NCBI GenBank assembly: GCA_050084985.1
Contig: JBITNC010000001.1
Span: 54,932,001-54,996,000 of the forward strand
Source of the DNA: Nageia nagi
Taxonomy: Eukaryota > Plantae > Pinophyta
Direction: 5' to 3'
Length of the DNA stretch: 64,000 nucleotides
The notes below the pieces were generated by a model. That model did not search any database. It had not been told where the DNA came from and saw only the letters and a list, made by a program, of their open reading frames with translations. The position numbers and the translations under genes were made by a program. Below are positions 28,421 through 40,646 of the stretch, one piece after another. Within the stretch, counting starts at the first letter, position 1. Each line of letters begins with the position of its first letter.

Positions 28421-28934
28421 TGTGCTACATAAGTGATATTATTGCAAGAGATTTATCTAAATTTTGTTCATCATAAAACTTTATCGTTGAAGTTCCATGT
28501 GATGATTCATCTCTTCGTATTGAAAAAATCAATCAGAAAAATCCTAAGTGAGAAGTCCAACCTAAAAAATAACGATAAAAGATGGAAGTGAAGATCTCAT
28601 GTGATAGCAAAACCTTAGATATTTACAGGTGGTACCAAAAGATACAAGTAAAAAAAGTATTATGAGAACTATCAAGACAAAGATATGATATATGATGTAT
28701 ACTCCTTTTAATAGGCGAGTCTCCTCTTGGCTCAAGCAACTAGCTCGCTTAGTGCTCCCTTGATCCTTATACCATAAAAAAAGAAAATAACATGAGATAA
28801 TGAGCATGTCAGCATGATAAGATACATTATTGTGCACAAGAATAAAATTGCATGAAATAATAAGCATGTTTTAACTTCAATCATTTCCATGAAACAATAA
28901 GCTTTTTAACTTTAGTCATTTCAATCAAGAATTG

Positions 28935-29110
28935 TTTCCATGAAGTCTATGTAGATGATATGCTTGCAAAGCTAAAGAAAAAGAAGGATTATCTTTTAAA
29001 AAAGGTTGCAAGATTTCAAGCTCAAATTGAAGCTTGAAAAAATGTGCATTTGGGCTCAAGTGGAAAGCTCCTTGGATTTATTGCCTCAAGCATAGGTATG
29101 GAAGTTGTTT
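28935..29110 (+). mobile_element. Ty3/Gypsy RT fragment
   Basis: EVYVDDMLAK...KKCAFG...KLLGFI. Confidence 0.75.
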
Positions 29111-29117
29111 AAAAGAA

Positions 29118-29353
29118 GAGAAATCTATTTCATAAATGTATCCTCCACTTACGGATGTGAACTTATACTTTTTGTAAAGACGATTTTAAACACTTTATAG
29201 TTGAACTTCACAACTTATACCTTATAATATCAAAATAAAATTTGATTAAAGAGAAATCTATAAATATATCCTTCACTTATGGATGTGAACCTATACTTTT
29301 TGTAAAGACGATTTTAAACACTTCATAGTTGAACTTCACAACTCATACCTTAT
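29118..29353. repeat. Tandem duplication, 2 x ~128 bp
   Basis: GGATGTGAAC...TTTGTAAAGACGATTTTAAACAC...GTTGAACTTCACAACT occurs twice. Confidence 0.9.
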
Positions 29354-30000
29354 CGCCTGTATTTCAGCTAAAGCATCATCTGTCATAAAGGTTGTCACCT
29401 TACAATTAGGTCAAAGTTCTTTGCACCTATCATGTATTATATGTAGTCATTCTTCAATATCCTCTATCCAATTACTTTGAACAACCATCCATGCAACAGG
29501 CACCGCAGTCCCTTGACCTTAAAAAACAATCAATGTGTGTAATGGAAACTACAATTGACAACAAAAAAATTAGAATTACAAAATGTGTTGAATTACACAT
29601 TAACAAGAAAAATAAGACAATAAACTTACCCATACTTGTTAGTACCAAATGTTGCATCCATTACAATTATAATGTTGTACGAACATGATACCATTTTCTT
29701 CATCATCCATGGACTTTAATAGCCCAAAAGCAAAACCCTCAAGCTTTTTGTGTGGTCGACGATAAATAATGTTTTTTTTGTTTCTCATTATACAATTATC
29801 TCGAATTGTTGGCAACTCACCAAACATCTCTTTCAAGTACTTCCGTTCAATAATTTGATCAATTGACACACTTATAGATAACAATGCCTCCATCATTGAT
29901 ACCATTTCAATTGACAAACGTGATGCTAACATTGACCTCAAATTGTTTGATAGGTCATTGAAACCATGGCAAGAAGTTCCCTTTCGAATCCACATGTTTA
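29349..30000 (-). mobile_element. Mutator (MULE) transposase fragment, catalytic core exons
   Basis: IVMDATFGTNKYG|gtaag, then exon GTAVPVAWMVV...TTFMTDDALAEIQAIR|gtatg, containing the first and second catalytic Asp motifs. Confidence 0.85.
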
Positions 30001-30129
30001 AAAGAATTATAAGTTATGAATGTAACATCAAGATTGTGTTCATATACCTTTACTTAAAAATGGCTCGGCATCCTTTCTTTTGGATAAAATACCGCTTCAT
30101 TTTTAGTGGAGGCAGGTCGTCCCTCTATC

Positions 30130-31090
30130 TTGATATCATTATGATAAAGCAACTTTTAGTTTGTGAAATTGAAGGCATTTGAGCTTGCATTGCATTAGAT
30201 GAGTTATTCAGAGGCATTGATTGATGTACACTTTGATTATTTTAAGCCAAAATTTGAAATGCTTCTAAAGCTTTTTAGAAATTTGGATAGTAAGAGGGTG
30301 TTATTGGTTGAGATTTAACCAAGGGTATCCGCAACAACCGCCCAACGTCTAATGAGGTCTTTGACCCAATGTTGGTGAACCGCAACTAATCTCCCAGGGA
30401 CCACACCTTCACCTGCAAGCAAACTTATTAGATACCAAAAACTAAAATTTAAGGATAGAACTTAAGAAATCAATAAAATATATTAAGATCATGTAGACAT
30501 TTTATCATTTCTTAGAAAAGTGAATAGCTCGACCTTGAAATTGCACTTCCTAGTTATGATCTTGATATGTTTGAATAAGAGGTTGTAAATAGTGCATGTC
30601 TTGATCAAATTGAAGGCATTTGAACGTGAAACATTTTGATATCATTATCATAAAGCAACTTAAGTTTGCAGAATTGAAGGCATTTGAGCTTGCATGTCAT
30701 TAGATCGTAACAAAGGGTTTAATCGGTCGAGATTTAACCAAGGGTATCCGCAACAACCGCCCAACATCTATCGAGGTCTTTGACCTAGCATCGATGAATC
30801 GCGAGTAATCCCTCAGGGATCGTACCTTCACCTGCAAGCAAGCTTATCAAATAACAAAAACTAAAATTTAAGAATAGAACTTAAGAAATCGATAAAATAT
30901 ATTAAGATCTTATTGACAATTTATCCTTTTTTTGAAAAGTGAATAATTGGGTATTAAAATTGCACTTTTATGATCTCGGTATGTTTGAATAAGAGGTTGT
31001 AAATACTGTATGTCTTGATCAAATTGAAGGCATTTGAACATGAAATGTTTTGATATGGTTATGATAAAGCAACGTGAGTTTGAGAAATTG
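30130..31090. repeat. Complex ~420-bp tandem repeat, about 2 copies
   Basis: GAGATTTAACCAAGGGTATCCGCAACAACCGCCCAAC at ~30310 and ~30729; TGAAGGCATTTGA recurs. Confidence 0.85.
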
Positions 31091-31099
31091 TTGAGTACT

Positions 31100-33000
31100 T
31101 TGGGGATTAGGAAAAACTTAAGTTTCAGCACCTTGTTACATTGGAAGATGATGGTATTGTACACCATATGAAGGTGATGTTGTTTGATAAGAAGAGGCAC
31201 TTTGTACATTAGAAATTGTTTGAGAAAGTTGTGCCCCTTGCATATTAAAATTGGGTGGAACTTATGCACTATATTAAACATTTTGTGCACTTTGTCTTGA
31301 AGAATGTTGAGAGTTTGGGTTTGGGGAGATGTTAGATTGTGCACTATGTTGTTGTAAAAGTTGAGCATTGGCTTGTGCACTTGGATTTAAGTGTTCCCCG
31401 AACAGAATGAGTTGTTTCAGCATGCTATTAAGAGGGATTGGTTATTGAGAAGAAGAAGGTGGTAGAAAAGATGGAGGTTGAGAAGGAAAAGGAGGAGAAG
31501 TTGAAGAAAAAGGAGGTTGTTGTAAAGAAGCAAGTTGAGAAAAAATTAGAAGGTCCCTCGAGTTGGAATAGATGAAGTGGTGTGTGTATTTAAATCTTTA
31601 AAGTTTATCCACTTCACCAAAAGTTTTTGATATTCCACATCTTGTTACAGAGATGGTACTTGAGGTGCCTTTCCTTGAAAAGAAGGGGAAAAAGAAGAAG
31701 TTTGATAGGAAAGAAGTTGTTGAAAAGAAGAAGTTAGAATAAAGGAAGAAGGTGGAGGTGGAAAATAAGAAGCCTCTTGGACCAATATATTTGTAGGAGC
31801 TTCAAAAACTTTCTCCATGTCACTTAAGGACATATGGTCCACGTAACTTTGAAATTCCATTTGAGCCCTTAGGTTTTGAACAATGGGTTGTTCACTTTGT
31901 GAAGAGGTATGTGTAATATGTCTTTGTGAACTAGCCTCTCCACAAACTATTTGTGGAGATGGCACTTGGGAATACACCATGTTTGGAGGCGGAACAATGG
32001 GTGTAACACCTTGGCAAGTTTAAGAGATGGGCCTTAAATAAGTGCTAAAGGAGAGATATAGTAATGAAGCCCACTCAATAAAGCAAAACCCTCAATGTAC
32101 TTGGAAAGCCAAATATCCCAATAGTGCAAGACAAGTATGATCAAACAAACACGAAGCCTATGAGATTTTGCTTATTCTTATTTAAGTGAAGATGCATGTA
32201 AAATCATTCAACCTAGTATGAATATGCCCCAATGGTGTAAAAGAAGCAATAATGCTTAATCTTGTTTAATTCATTGGGGTTCAATTGAGACTTCGTCTTT
32301 TTAATGTAGATCATTTTTAGAATGGTTCTTTCACCTCTTCTTAGTTTTCCTAGAATGAAGCTAGACAAGTGTTATAGAGAAAAGGTTCAATCTCTAGGGG
32401 GTTGGAATGTTTAGGGGTATCTTATGTCTTCCTATATGAAGTTGTCACAAAGGAATATTCTCCCACCTTGGTGATGAAATCCAAGTATGGGTAAGGTCAC
32501 GGGAATGAAATCCACGTGCCTCGGCAAAAACCTAGAAGTTTGAGATTAATGCTTGAAAAAAAATGATAATGCAAGCTAGATGATAGTGCAAATCTAATCC
32601 CTTCAATGATGCAAGGCAATCCCACCCATGTATGTAAATTTCACGAATGCCATAAGATTTTAGTTCTAGATGCAATCAACAAACAGTGAACAAGTCCTAT
32701 ACTACCCTCCAACGATTTTCAAGGAAAGAATATATAAGCAATCCCAACCCCTTGATTTTTATCTTTCCCTAGTATAATGGCAATCCTAGGGTGAAAAAAA
32801 TAATCAAACAGCATGAACTAAAACTAAAAGTAATACACGACTCACCTGGTCAAGAATGTTCCCTCCAGCTCCTCGATGAAGTGCAAGTAATAAGGTTACA
32901 AGTCTCTCACTCAAAGAAAGATCTTATGCCAACTTGAGTCTCCCACCGAAGGGGAGCTCAAAACCAAATGATAAAAATTAAATATAACCTGGCAGGGATT
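31100..33000 (-). mobile_element. Gypsy-like 5' leader and Q/P/S-rich gag N-terminal remnant
   Basis: Low-complexity Q/S/P-rich minus-strand ORFs (31645-31980) and an LTR-element-like leader; no catalytic motif seen. Confidence 0.35.
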
Positions 33001-33863
33001 GTTGCCGATAATAAAATTACAGATTTCAACTTTGAAGGCCTATACAATGCATCAAAATTGCTAGAAAGCCTAAAACTTTAAATGAAATTGCAGCCAAATT
33101 AAGGTAGACACAAATTGCCCCTCGTTGGTCATAAGTTGTAACAATTTGGACGCAGTCCAAATTTGCAGTAGAATAATTGTTTATTTGGCACCTCAAAACT
33201 CAAAACAATCTAAGTTAGCCAAATTTGCAGCGGAAAATGTTTTAGAGAATTCATGAACAATATGCAGTAGCAGAGTATGTAATAGCAGATTTTATAGAAT
33301 TTAAGACAATCTAAAATAATAAACAATCTGTAATTTAAATAGTCTGCAAATTTAAATAGAATGTCAAATAATTTGGGAGAAGCAGAATTTGAGTTGTTTG
33401 CTTGGATATGTGCTTGTTTTCTGTGAGTATTCGTTAAAATTTGGAGCTAACAAAATGTGAAGGAAGGCTGAACCAGTCAGAATGATGTAGACTAGGTCTC
33501 AGACGATAGTGTGAGAGAGGTCGCACAAATAGGATTTAACTCATCTGCTCTACAGTGCTCATGGGTGTAAATTGTTTGACCCGCCATAACATTGCAAGTC
33601 ATTTGCAGGTAAAAGACGGTAAAGTTAAAATATATTTGCCTAGATAGTAGAAAATTCTAGGTTTACGATTTGGCAGTATCATGTATGTAAACTAGAATAA
33701 CACATTGCAAATCGGTTCATTCAGTGCTATTGTCTTCCAACTATTTCGTCAACATTAACTTACTGTTCGTGCTCTTTTTGTATTACCTAGTTGTTAAACA
33801 TTTACATGTCAAAACATGTTAACATCAAATGGGAACAACCATATCTCCCATATGCCATTGCAG

Positions 33864-34057
33864 GTTGTGTGTATGAACCTATGGAATATTGATGCAGCAA
33901 ATGAATCTCTAATAGCAACAAAAAGTTGCAAGGGATTTGTAAAAATTCAAAACACAGGTGGATGCCTATGTTGTCTTCTGAAAGCTTTGGAAATGCATCT
34001 CCACTGGGATGAACAGCAAGATTATATTTAGATTCAAAAAGAATTGTCATTCCCATG
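33864..34057 (+). pseudogene. Disabled exon of an unidentified gene
   Basis: TTGCAG| acceptor. Frame CVYEPMEY*CSK*ISNSNKKLQGICKNSKHRWMPMLSSESFGNASPLG*TARLYLDSKRIVIPM; all three stops are TGA, consistent with CGA decay. Confidence 0.35.
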
Positions 34058-34250
34058 TGTAGATAAAAATTTATATTTGAATAGGAAACTCTTTCTATGC
34101 ACATTAAAAGTCATGCATAGATTTTGAGACTCAGACTGTTTTTGAGGACTATTTGTTGAGTTAAAATAAAATCAAATTTTAACTTTCAGACAATAGCACC
34201 TTCCAGGGCATTCTATCATATAAACAAATGTGAGAGGCAAAGAGCTTTAC

Positions 34251-34352
34251 CTTCAATTCAAGCTGTGCAGAATCTGGAAGTATCACAGGTTGAAATGAAA
34301 GTGAATGCGGACATATTGGAGTAAATAGCATGCATGGAACATTTGGGTGCAC
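34251..34352 (-). pseudogene. NADK2: Isolated NAD kinase (NADK2-like) exon
   Basis: TTTTCTGCAG|...AAG|GTAAAG, 102 nt, phase 0/0, encoding [34 protein letters not shown]. This is the NAD kinase [12 protein letters not shown] signature. No other NADK exon was found in the window. Confidence 0.85.
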
Positions 34353-35151
34353 CTGCAGAAAATAAACCATGTTTTGCAGGAATGACACAAGTACATGAAT
34401 GTAGTTTTTAAATATAGAAACAAAGAAATATGGAAGATTCCAATGCATCAACCTGAGCATCTTTAGTATATATAATTTTCTTCTTTATTTAATTTGATGC
34501 ACCCCCTTCCCTTTCCTTCTTGTACCCTTGTCTATTTTCTGTAAAAAACTGTAAGGTAAAAGAAACAATATTTTCTGGGTGCGACTAGAATTAAGTATTC
34601 AATTCCAGTACAAATGATTATAATTAAAAACCATATAGAATTTATAATAGTAAAGAATTGTATATTATACGTTTTCTTTTACTTCAACAAGATAATCATG
34701 GTTTGCTACCAAGGATACAATGAGTTTTATAAAAATTTACGTCAAGCAAGTGTCAGAATGCTTTCATAAAGCAAAACTTCATTACTCTTATATGTTGGCT
34801 TTTTCTTCTTTCATCATTGATAAATAAGCTTTTAATTGGGATTTCAGAACACAAACTTGGTGACGTCTGATCCATCTGCAATCATCCATGTTAAGAAACT
34901 TTCACAGGAAAAAACAATGACTTCAACAAATTCTGAGCTTCTATGTCCGAGACCTGTCAATAAAGAATACCAGATCCAATTCTAGCCTTACAAAGGATGC
35001 AAATTTCAATGTCTTTGGTATGAACTGACAAACTTGCAAACCGAAATGCAGAAAGCTACAATCACACTTCACTCCTTCATTCTTTTATCTGTCTCTGGAC
35101 GAGATATTCTGATTTATGACCTTGAGAAATTTATATATAGAAAACAATAAC

Positions 35152-35381
35152 AGACTCCATGTATTCTTGTATACACAATCTCTTGATGATGTGTGAAGTA
35201 GCTCACTTGAAAGTCAGACTTAAAATTTTGCATACAGAGGCACCCATAAGCATTCTACCAATAAAAGACTCCATGTATTCTTGTATACACAATCTCTTGA
35301 TGATGGGTGAAGTAGCTGACTTGAAAGTCAGACTTAAAACTTTTCTTACAGAGGCACACATAAGCATTCTACCACAATAAA
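35152..35381. repeat. Tandem duplication, 2 x 114 bp
   Basis: GACTCCATGTATTCTTGTATACACAATCTCTTGATGATG... occurs twice and shows up as a peptide repeat in ORF 35159-35380. Confidence 0.92.
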
Positions 35382-38300
35382 CTATATTATTTATAGAGGA
35401 AGATGCAAACTGGCAATAATTTTCAAAACCATTATCTCTGAATACCTGCAATGTTTATCATAATCACAGAGGCACATTGTAGAGATTTGACTCCTTTTTC
35501 CATTGTTATGAGTTGGGCATTGAATATACTGTACCTACTGTGACATCATTTGTTAGTCTGCAGGTGAAAAACCTCTTTTCCTAAAATTTAGAGTTCTGGA
35601 TTGGAACCTGCACCAGTGCTAAAGAGGGGGATTGTATGCTTTTGTGAATTGATGGTGATGGAATTCTATGGTGTGTCAGAAATGCTTCTTACATGCCGAA
35701 GTGCTTGAGTTATTAAGTGAGCTTAGGGCAGATTGTTTTAAGTTATTTGGATCGTCTAATTTCTCTGAATCTAAGATAAGATATGCATATTTTTCTTCAG
35801 TCAGAAATGATGTGGATCTACATCTTCAAATGTCTTGAAAATTCTAGAATCTTCTGGGTTGAGATGCACATACTAATAAATGTGCATTTAGCTAGGAAGT
35901 CGCGTGTCCAGTGAAGTGTAGGAACATCTCTAAAACCCATAAATACTTGTTGGGTCCAATACACGTTATGGGGCTGTCTCTAAACATTTGTCTTTGTGGG
36001 GTGTCTATATGTCTCTGGTATGTCACAGGGACTGGCATCGCAGGGACTCCTAGATATCCCTGACATGGTTGGGGGTTTAGTAGACTTCCCTGCCCCACCT
36101 GTGGATTTTTAGGAATCCCCAATGATCCCATTGCATATTGACATGACAAACAACAGAGAAAGGGGAACAGCACAATCATTGTTAGTCAGTTACTCTCAAA
36201 GACAAATATATGCAAGAAAAATAGTTTCATGCAATGAAATTATGGATTCATAAGTTTGACTGAGAAACTAAAATAGGAACTGTATAAATTGCAAATTACA
36301 ATCTTATAAAATCGAAATCCAAACCTGGATTATGCAATTTTTTTTGTAATAATTTATGAAACATAGACAATGGAAATCTAATAGTGGGAATTACTGCATA
36401 TTAAATAATAAGACAAAATTATTACCAAGATGTAGAATCAGCTTCTAAATACAATAGTAAAAGTAACATCTACGTTTGCAACCAGCATCAATTAGCTTAT
36501 TTCATTGTACACATTTATCGTTGATTTTGTGTAGACAACATTTATTGATTGTTGTCTTCAAGGTATGCGCCAGTTAGGCTCTCTTTACTTCAATAGAAGG
36601 AAAGAAATTCATGAATGTCCTCAAGTGACCAAAGTAGATCAATGGACTGAAAGGGAACTTCTTGATGCATGGTCGGTGTTCCAACTGAAAAGACAAGAAA
36701 CTCATGATGCATGTTTGTCGAGATGGTTTTGCTCGTGGATGACAAGCAGTTGTTCCATGACAATGGAGAGAAGCATATTTATCTCATCTTGTCTGAGTAG
36801 GGAAGGTTGTATAAACCCTATTAGTAGGATGCAAAAGAGGCAATGGTCTTGCAGATCTATTACTGCTTACATGGAAAATAGAAACGCAAAAAACTCTTAC
36901 TGCCTTTTGTAAGAGGAACACAAGGGAAGAAAAGGATCAGACTGGTGGTTCAAGAAACTTCCTTGCAAGGTGTGGCACCTCTGACTGAATGCTTCACGAA
37001 TGGAAAGAGATAAAACACCATTAGACGATGTAGCAAACCAAAGTAGCCAGTTATGTCCTTTTGTCTTTGAACATGAAGCAACGGTAAGAAGCTTTGTCCT
37101 CTTTGGGTATATGGCATTTTGTTGTCATATGCAGTTGATGAAAACAATCTGAGTTGGCCAAGAGGAGTCTAGATGTCTTGTGTTTGGTGTCTTTGGATGT
37201 AGTCAGGGCATTTCATCATCAATTTGTGAAAATCTATTTTTTTAATTCACCAATTTGGGGCAAAGAATCTCGTAAAAACTGATACAGGTAACCAAAATAC
37301 ATTGTTAATAGGTGTCCTCCCAATCAAAAGTTGTATGGGATCATTCAAGGAGTACTTGAAGGAAGGAAACAGGTCTATATAGAAGCAAATAAAATGATGA
37401 ACAAAGCTAGCTTTTGAATACCAGCCATGCAAATGACTGCCTATACACCTTAAAGCCACCCCGTTTGATGAACGAATGACCAAAAATAGATCTTTTTCCA
37501 ACCAGCTCATAGTTGCCCATTGACCTAGTCTATGGACATGAAATATGATCCTTGAGATCCTCTTATGATGTAGATGTTGACCAGAAAACTTGGCCTAGTC
37601 TTAGATGCATCAGTCTACGATACGAGCTACTTAAAAGCAAGATTGTCGCGGACTGGGGACAGCGGACCAGGGGATGGGTTTCCAGGGATGGTAGGAGATG
37701 GAGACCCAATTTTAGGAAATGATTGGAGGTTGGAGGATGAGAAGTATATAGTTAAAAATCCTCAGAATTTTCAGATTTATGAAAAATAAATATAGTTTCA
37801 ATGTTTCATTCATCATTGACATTCATGATTCATCCAATGACCAATTCAAACATGTAACATAATTTGAAAATCAACTTAAATATAAAATATGTGTATCATT
37901 GATTCATTATTGTCATATCAATATGAAATTATAATATCATATTGATTCATACAATAATTTATAGTTACTACAGCCATTCTATAGTCTACATTGCTACACC
38001 CCTTTGTTGACTGTTAGAACTATACCTGTATACTTGTTTGGGACTATTATGCATTCATTGGACTATTTTTGACCTAACCTAACTTGTGTATTTGTTGGGA
38101 TTTTTTTTATACTTGAACTAGTGAACTTCAATTGTTTCTAGTGCATTTGTTGGGACTGCTTTTGATACCTGAATTTGACTGTTAGTTTGCATTTGTTGGA
38201 TCTCTTTTGTGATAACTGAACTTGATTGTTGTATATGTATTTGTTCAGGACTGTTATATGCCAAAAAACGAACAATGAAAAAATTCATGATTTGAAATAC

Positions 38301-38756
38301 AATTTTATTATTTTTCTCTCCTAATGGTATTTTCACAATTTTATTGATTTTACTCACTAATGGTATTTGAAGTTTCAAGTATTGGGTTCAAGACCGAGAG
38401 TGAGTGACTTGTGCATGAGCATGTTGAATTATCGATGGTGCTGTGAGAGGTAAGGACAAGTTGTGGAAGAAAACATTAGCTATAAGGCTGATCCTTGTTT
38501 GCCAGAGGCCACCTATGTGCAGATTTACTCAACATTTATAGGCTACTTCTCTCCATACAATCTTGTATTCAGCCAGTCCCTTCAAGTATTGGGGGTTATT
38601 GCAGGAAAAAGAACATGTAAACATTGCATATCCATAGCATAGCATTCAATCTGTTCGAACAGGCCACTCACTAAAGAGTCAATGACTCAATACACACCTA
38701 AGTACAATGCTGAATAAAAGTTCACTAGTTCAGCTAATGATCATGAATAGAGCTTG

Positions 38757-40090
38757 CTGCTGACATTCTTGTGCTATTCTTCAATGCCTCAGCCAAGATA
38801 ATGGTTAATGGCCAACTTTCAGATTCTATCAATTTATTTAAACCCATTAGGCAAGGGTGCCCTCTAACTCTTTCTGCTTACAGCTAATGCTTTAGGATAC
38901 TTGCACTTGCTGGAAGCAAGAACGAAGGAAGGTGTGTGTTACAAGGAATTTCTATTCCAGGGGGTACAGTCATCAACAATCACTTTGCAGATGATTCTTT
39001 TATCTCAGTTCCGCTAGATAGACAATACTATACAATCTCTAGATCTGTTTTTGTGCAACTACAGGTGCTAAAATAAGAGGATCCAAATCAGAATTTTGGA
39101 TAGTTGGTGCTGACTCCCTTCCTGAGAGTTTTTACCTGCATGGAAACACATGGGAGATGGGGAGATTGTTCATTATCTTGGGATCCCTTTTGGCAACTGT
39201 TTCTCGCTTAGTGATATGCGGAATAGGTGCCTGACTAAATTTCAAAAAAGCTTCAAGGCTGGAAAAGTAAACTGCTTTCCTTATCAAGTAACTTGGAAGT
39301 GGTGACCAAATCATGCAAGCCTGTCACGTTTATCAATTTATTTAAACCCATTAGGCAAGGGTGCCCTCTATCTCTTTCTACTTACAGCTAATGCTTTAGG
39401 ATACTTGCACTTGCTGGAAGCAAGAACGAAGGAAGGTGTGTGTTACAAGGAATTTCTATTCCAGGGGGTACAGTCATCAACAATCACTTTGCAGATGATT
39501 CTTTTATCTCAGTTCCGCTAGATAGACAATACTATACAATCTCTAGATCTGTTTTTGTGCAACTACAGGTGCTAAAATAAGAGGATCCAAATCAGAATTT
39601 TGGATAGTTGGTGCTGACTCCCTTCCTGAGAGTTTTTACCTGCATGGAAACACATGGGAGATGGGGAGATTGTTCATTATCTTGGGATCCCTTTTGGCAA
39701 CTGTTTCTCGCTTAGTGATATGCGGAATAGGTGCCTGACTAAATTTCAAAAAAGCTTCAAGGCTGGAAAAGTAAACTCCTTTCCTTATCAAGTAACTTGG
39801 AAGTGGTGACCAAATCATGCAAGCCTGTCACGTTTATAATTCTTCTGTTGGCTGCCCAACACAACTCAGTACATGGGACTTGAGAAGATCATTCGCTCAT
39901 TTTTATGGTCCAACTTTGATGGCTCTAAGAAATTACTGCCATCACTTGGAAATACTGCACCATTCCTAAAGTAAGAGGTTTGGGCCTGCTTGATATTCAA
40001 ACACAGGGCAAGGTTTTGGAAGCAAAATGGATAGTGAGGGTTTTGGAAGGCAATGAAAGTTGTAAACTCCTGTTGAGACAGAATTCAAAC
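38757..40090 (+). mobile_element. L1 LINE RT fragment with an internal 504-bp tandem duplication (38827-39330 / 39331-39834)
   Basis: Motifs IRQGCPL, NHFADDS, YLGIPF and GLGLLD...AKWI. Near-identical antisense ORFs 39132-39314 and 39636-39818 are offset by 504. Confidence 0.9.
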
Positions 40091-40214
40091 TTGCACATAT
40101 TTTGAATCACATAATTCAAACTTCATGGGCAGTCAAAAGAACTTGGCTATGCAATTTTATGTTATTTTTAAAAGAGAAAGGAAAATATAATTAGACCAGA
40201 GAATTAAATTCTAG

Positions 40215-40646
40215 CCATAGTAGTAAATCTCGGACTCGGCTCGGACTCATTGAGGTCCACTCGGACTCCAGACTGAAAACTCCGTGAAAAAATCAGCCAA
40301 ACTCAGCAAAACAAAAAAGTAAAAAATGTGTATATTTTCACTGAAAACATAAGTTTTATCAATTGCATATTACTTATAACTGTTATTAGTGTCTTCTAAA
40401 AGCCTACTTACTCAACATCAACATTATACAATTTATAATATACACAATTACAAATAAGAAAAGGTGAATAGGAAGGGGCATATGTTTATATTCATCAAAA
40501 TGTTATAGCTTCAAAGTTCAAAATACAAAATGGTCCAAATTCACTGAAACTCGCCAAACTCGCGTGTTTGAGCTGGACTCGTCCCAGCCAACTCAAACTC
40601 AGGATTCGCAAGTTTTGGCGAGTCCCGGCGAGTTTTGCTACTACGG
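40215..40646. mobile_element. Non-autonomous hAT-like MITE
   Basis: TIRs CCATAGTAGTAAATCTCG / CGAGTTTTGCTACTACGG and subterminal ACTCG repeats; no clear TSD. Confidence 0.7.

Noticed and set aside
36565-36912. 115-aa ORF as a gene
   Set aside because: No recognisable domain; its ATG lies within a splice-donor-like AAG|GTATG.
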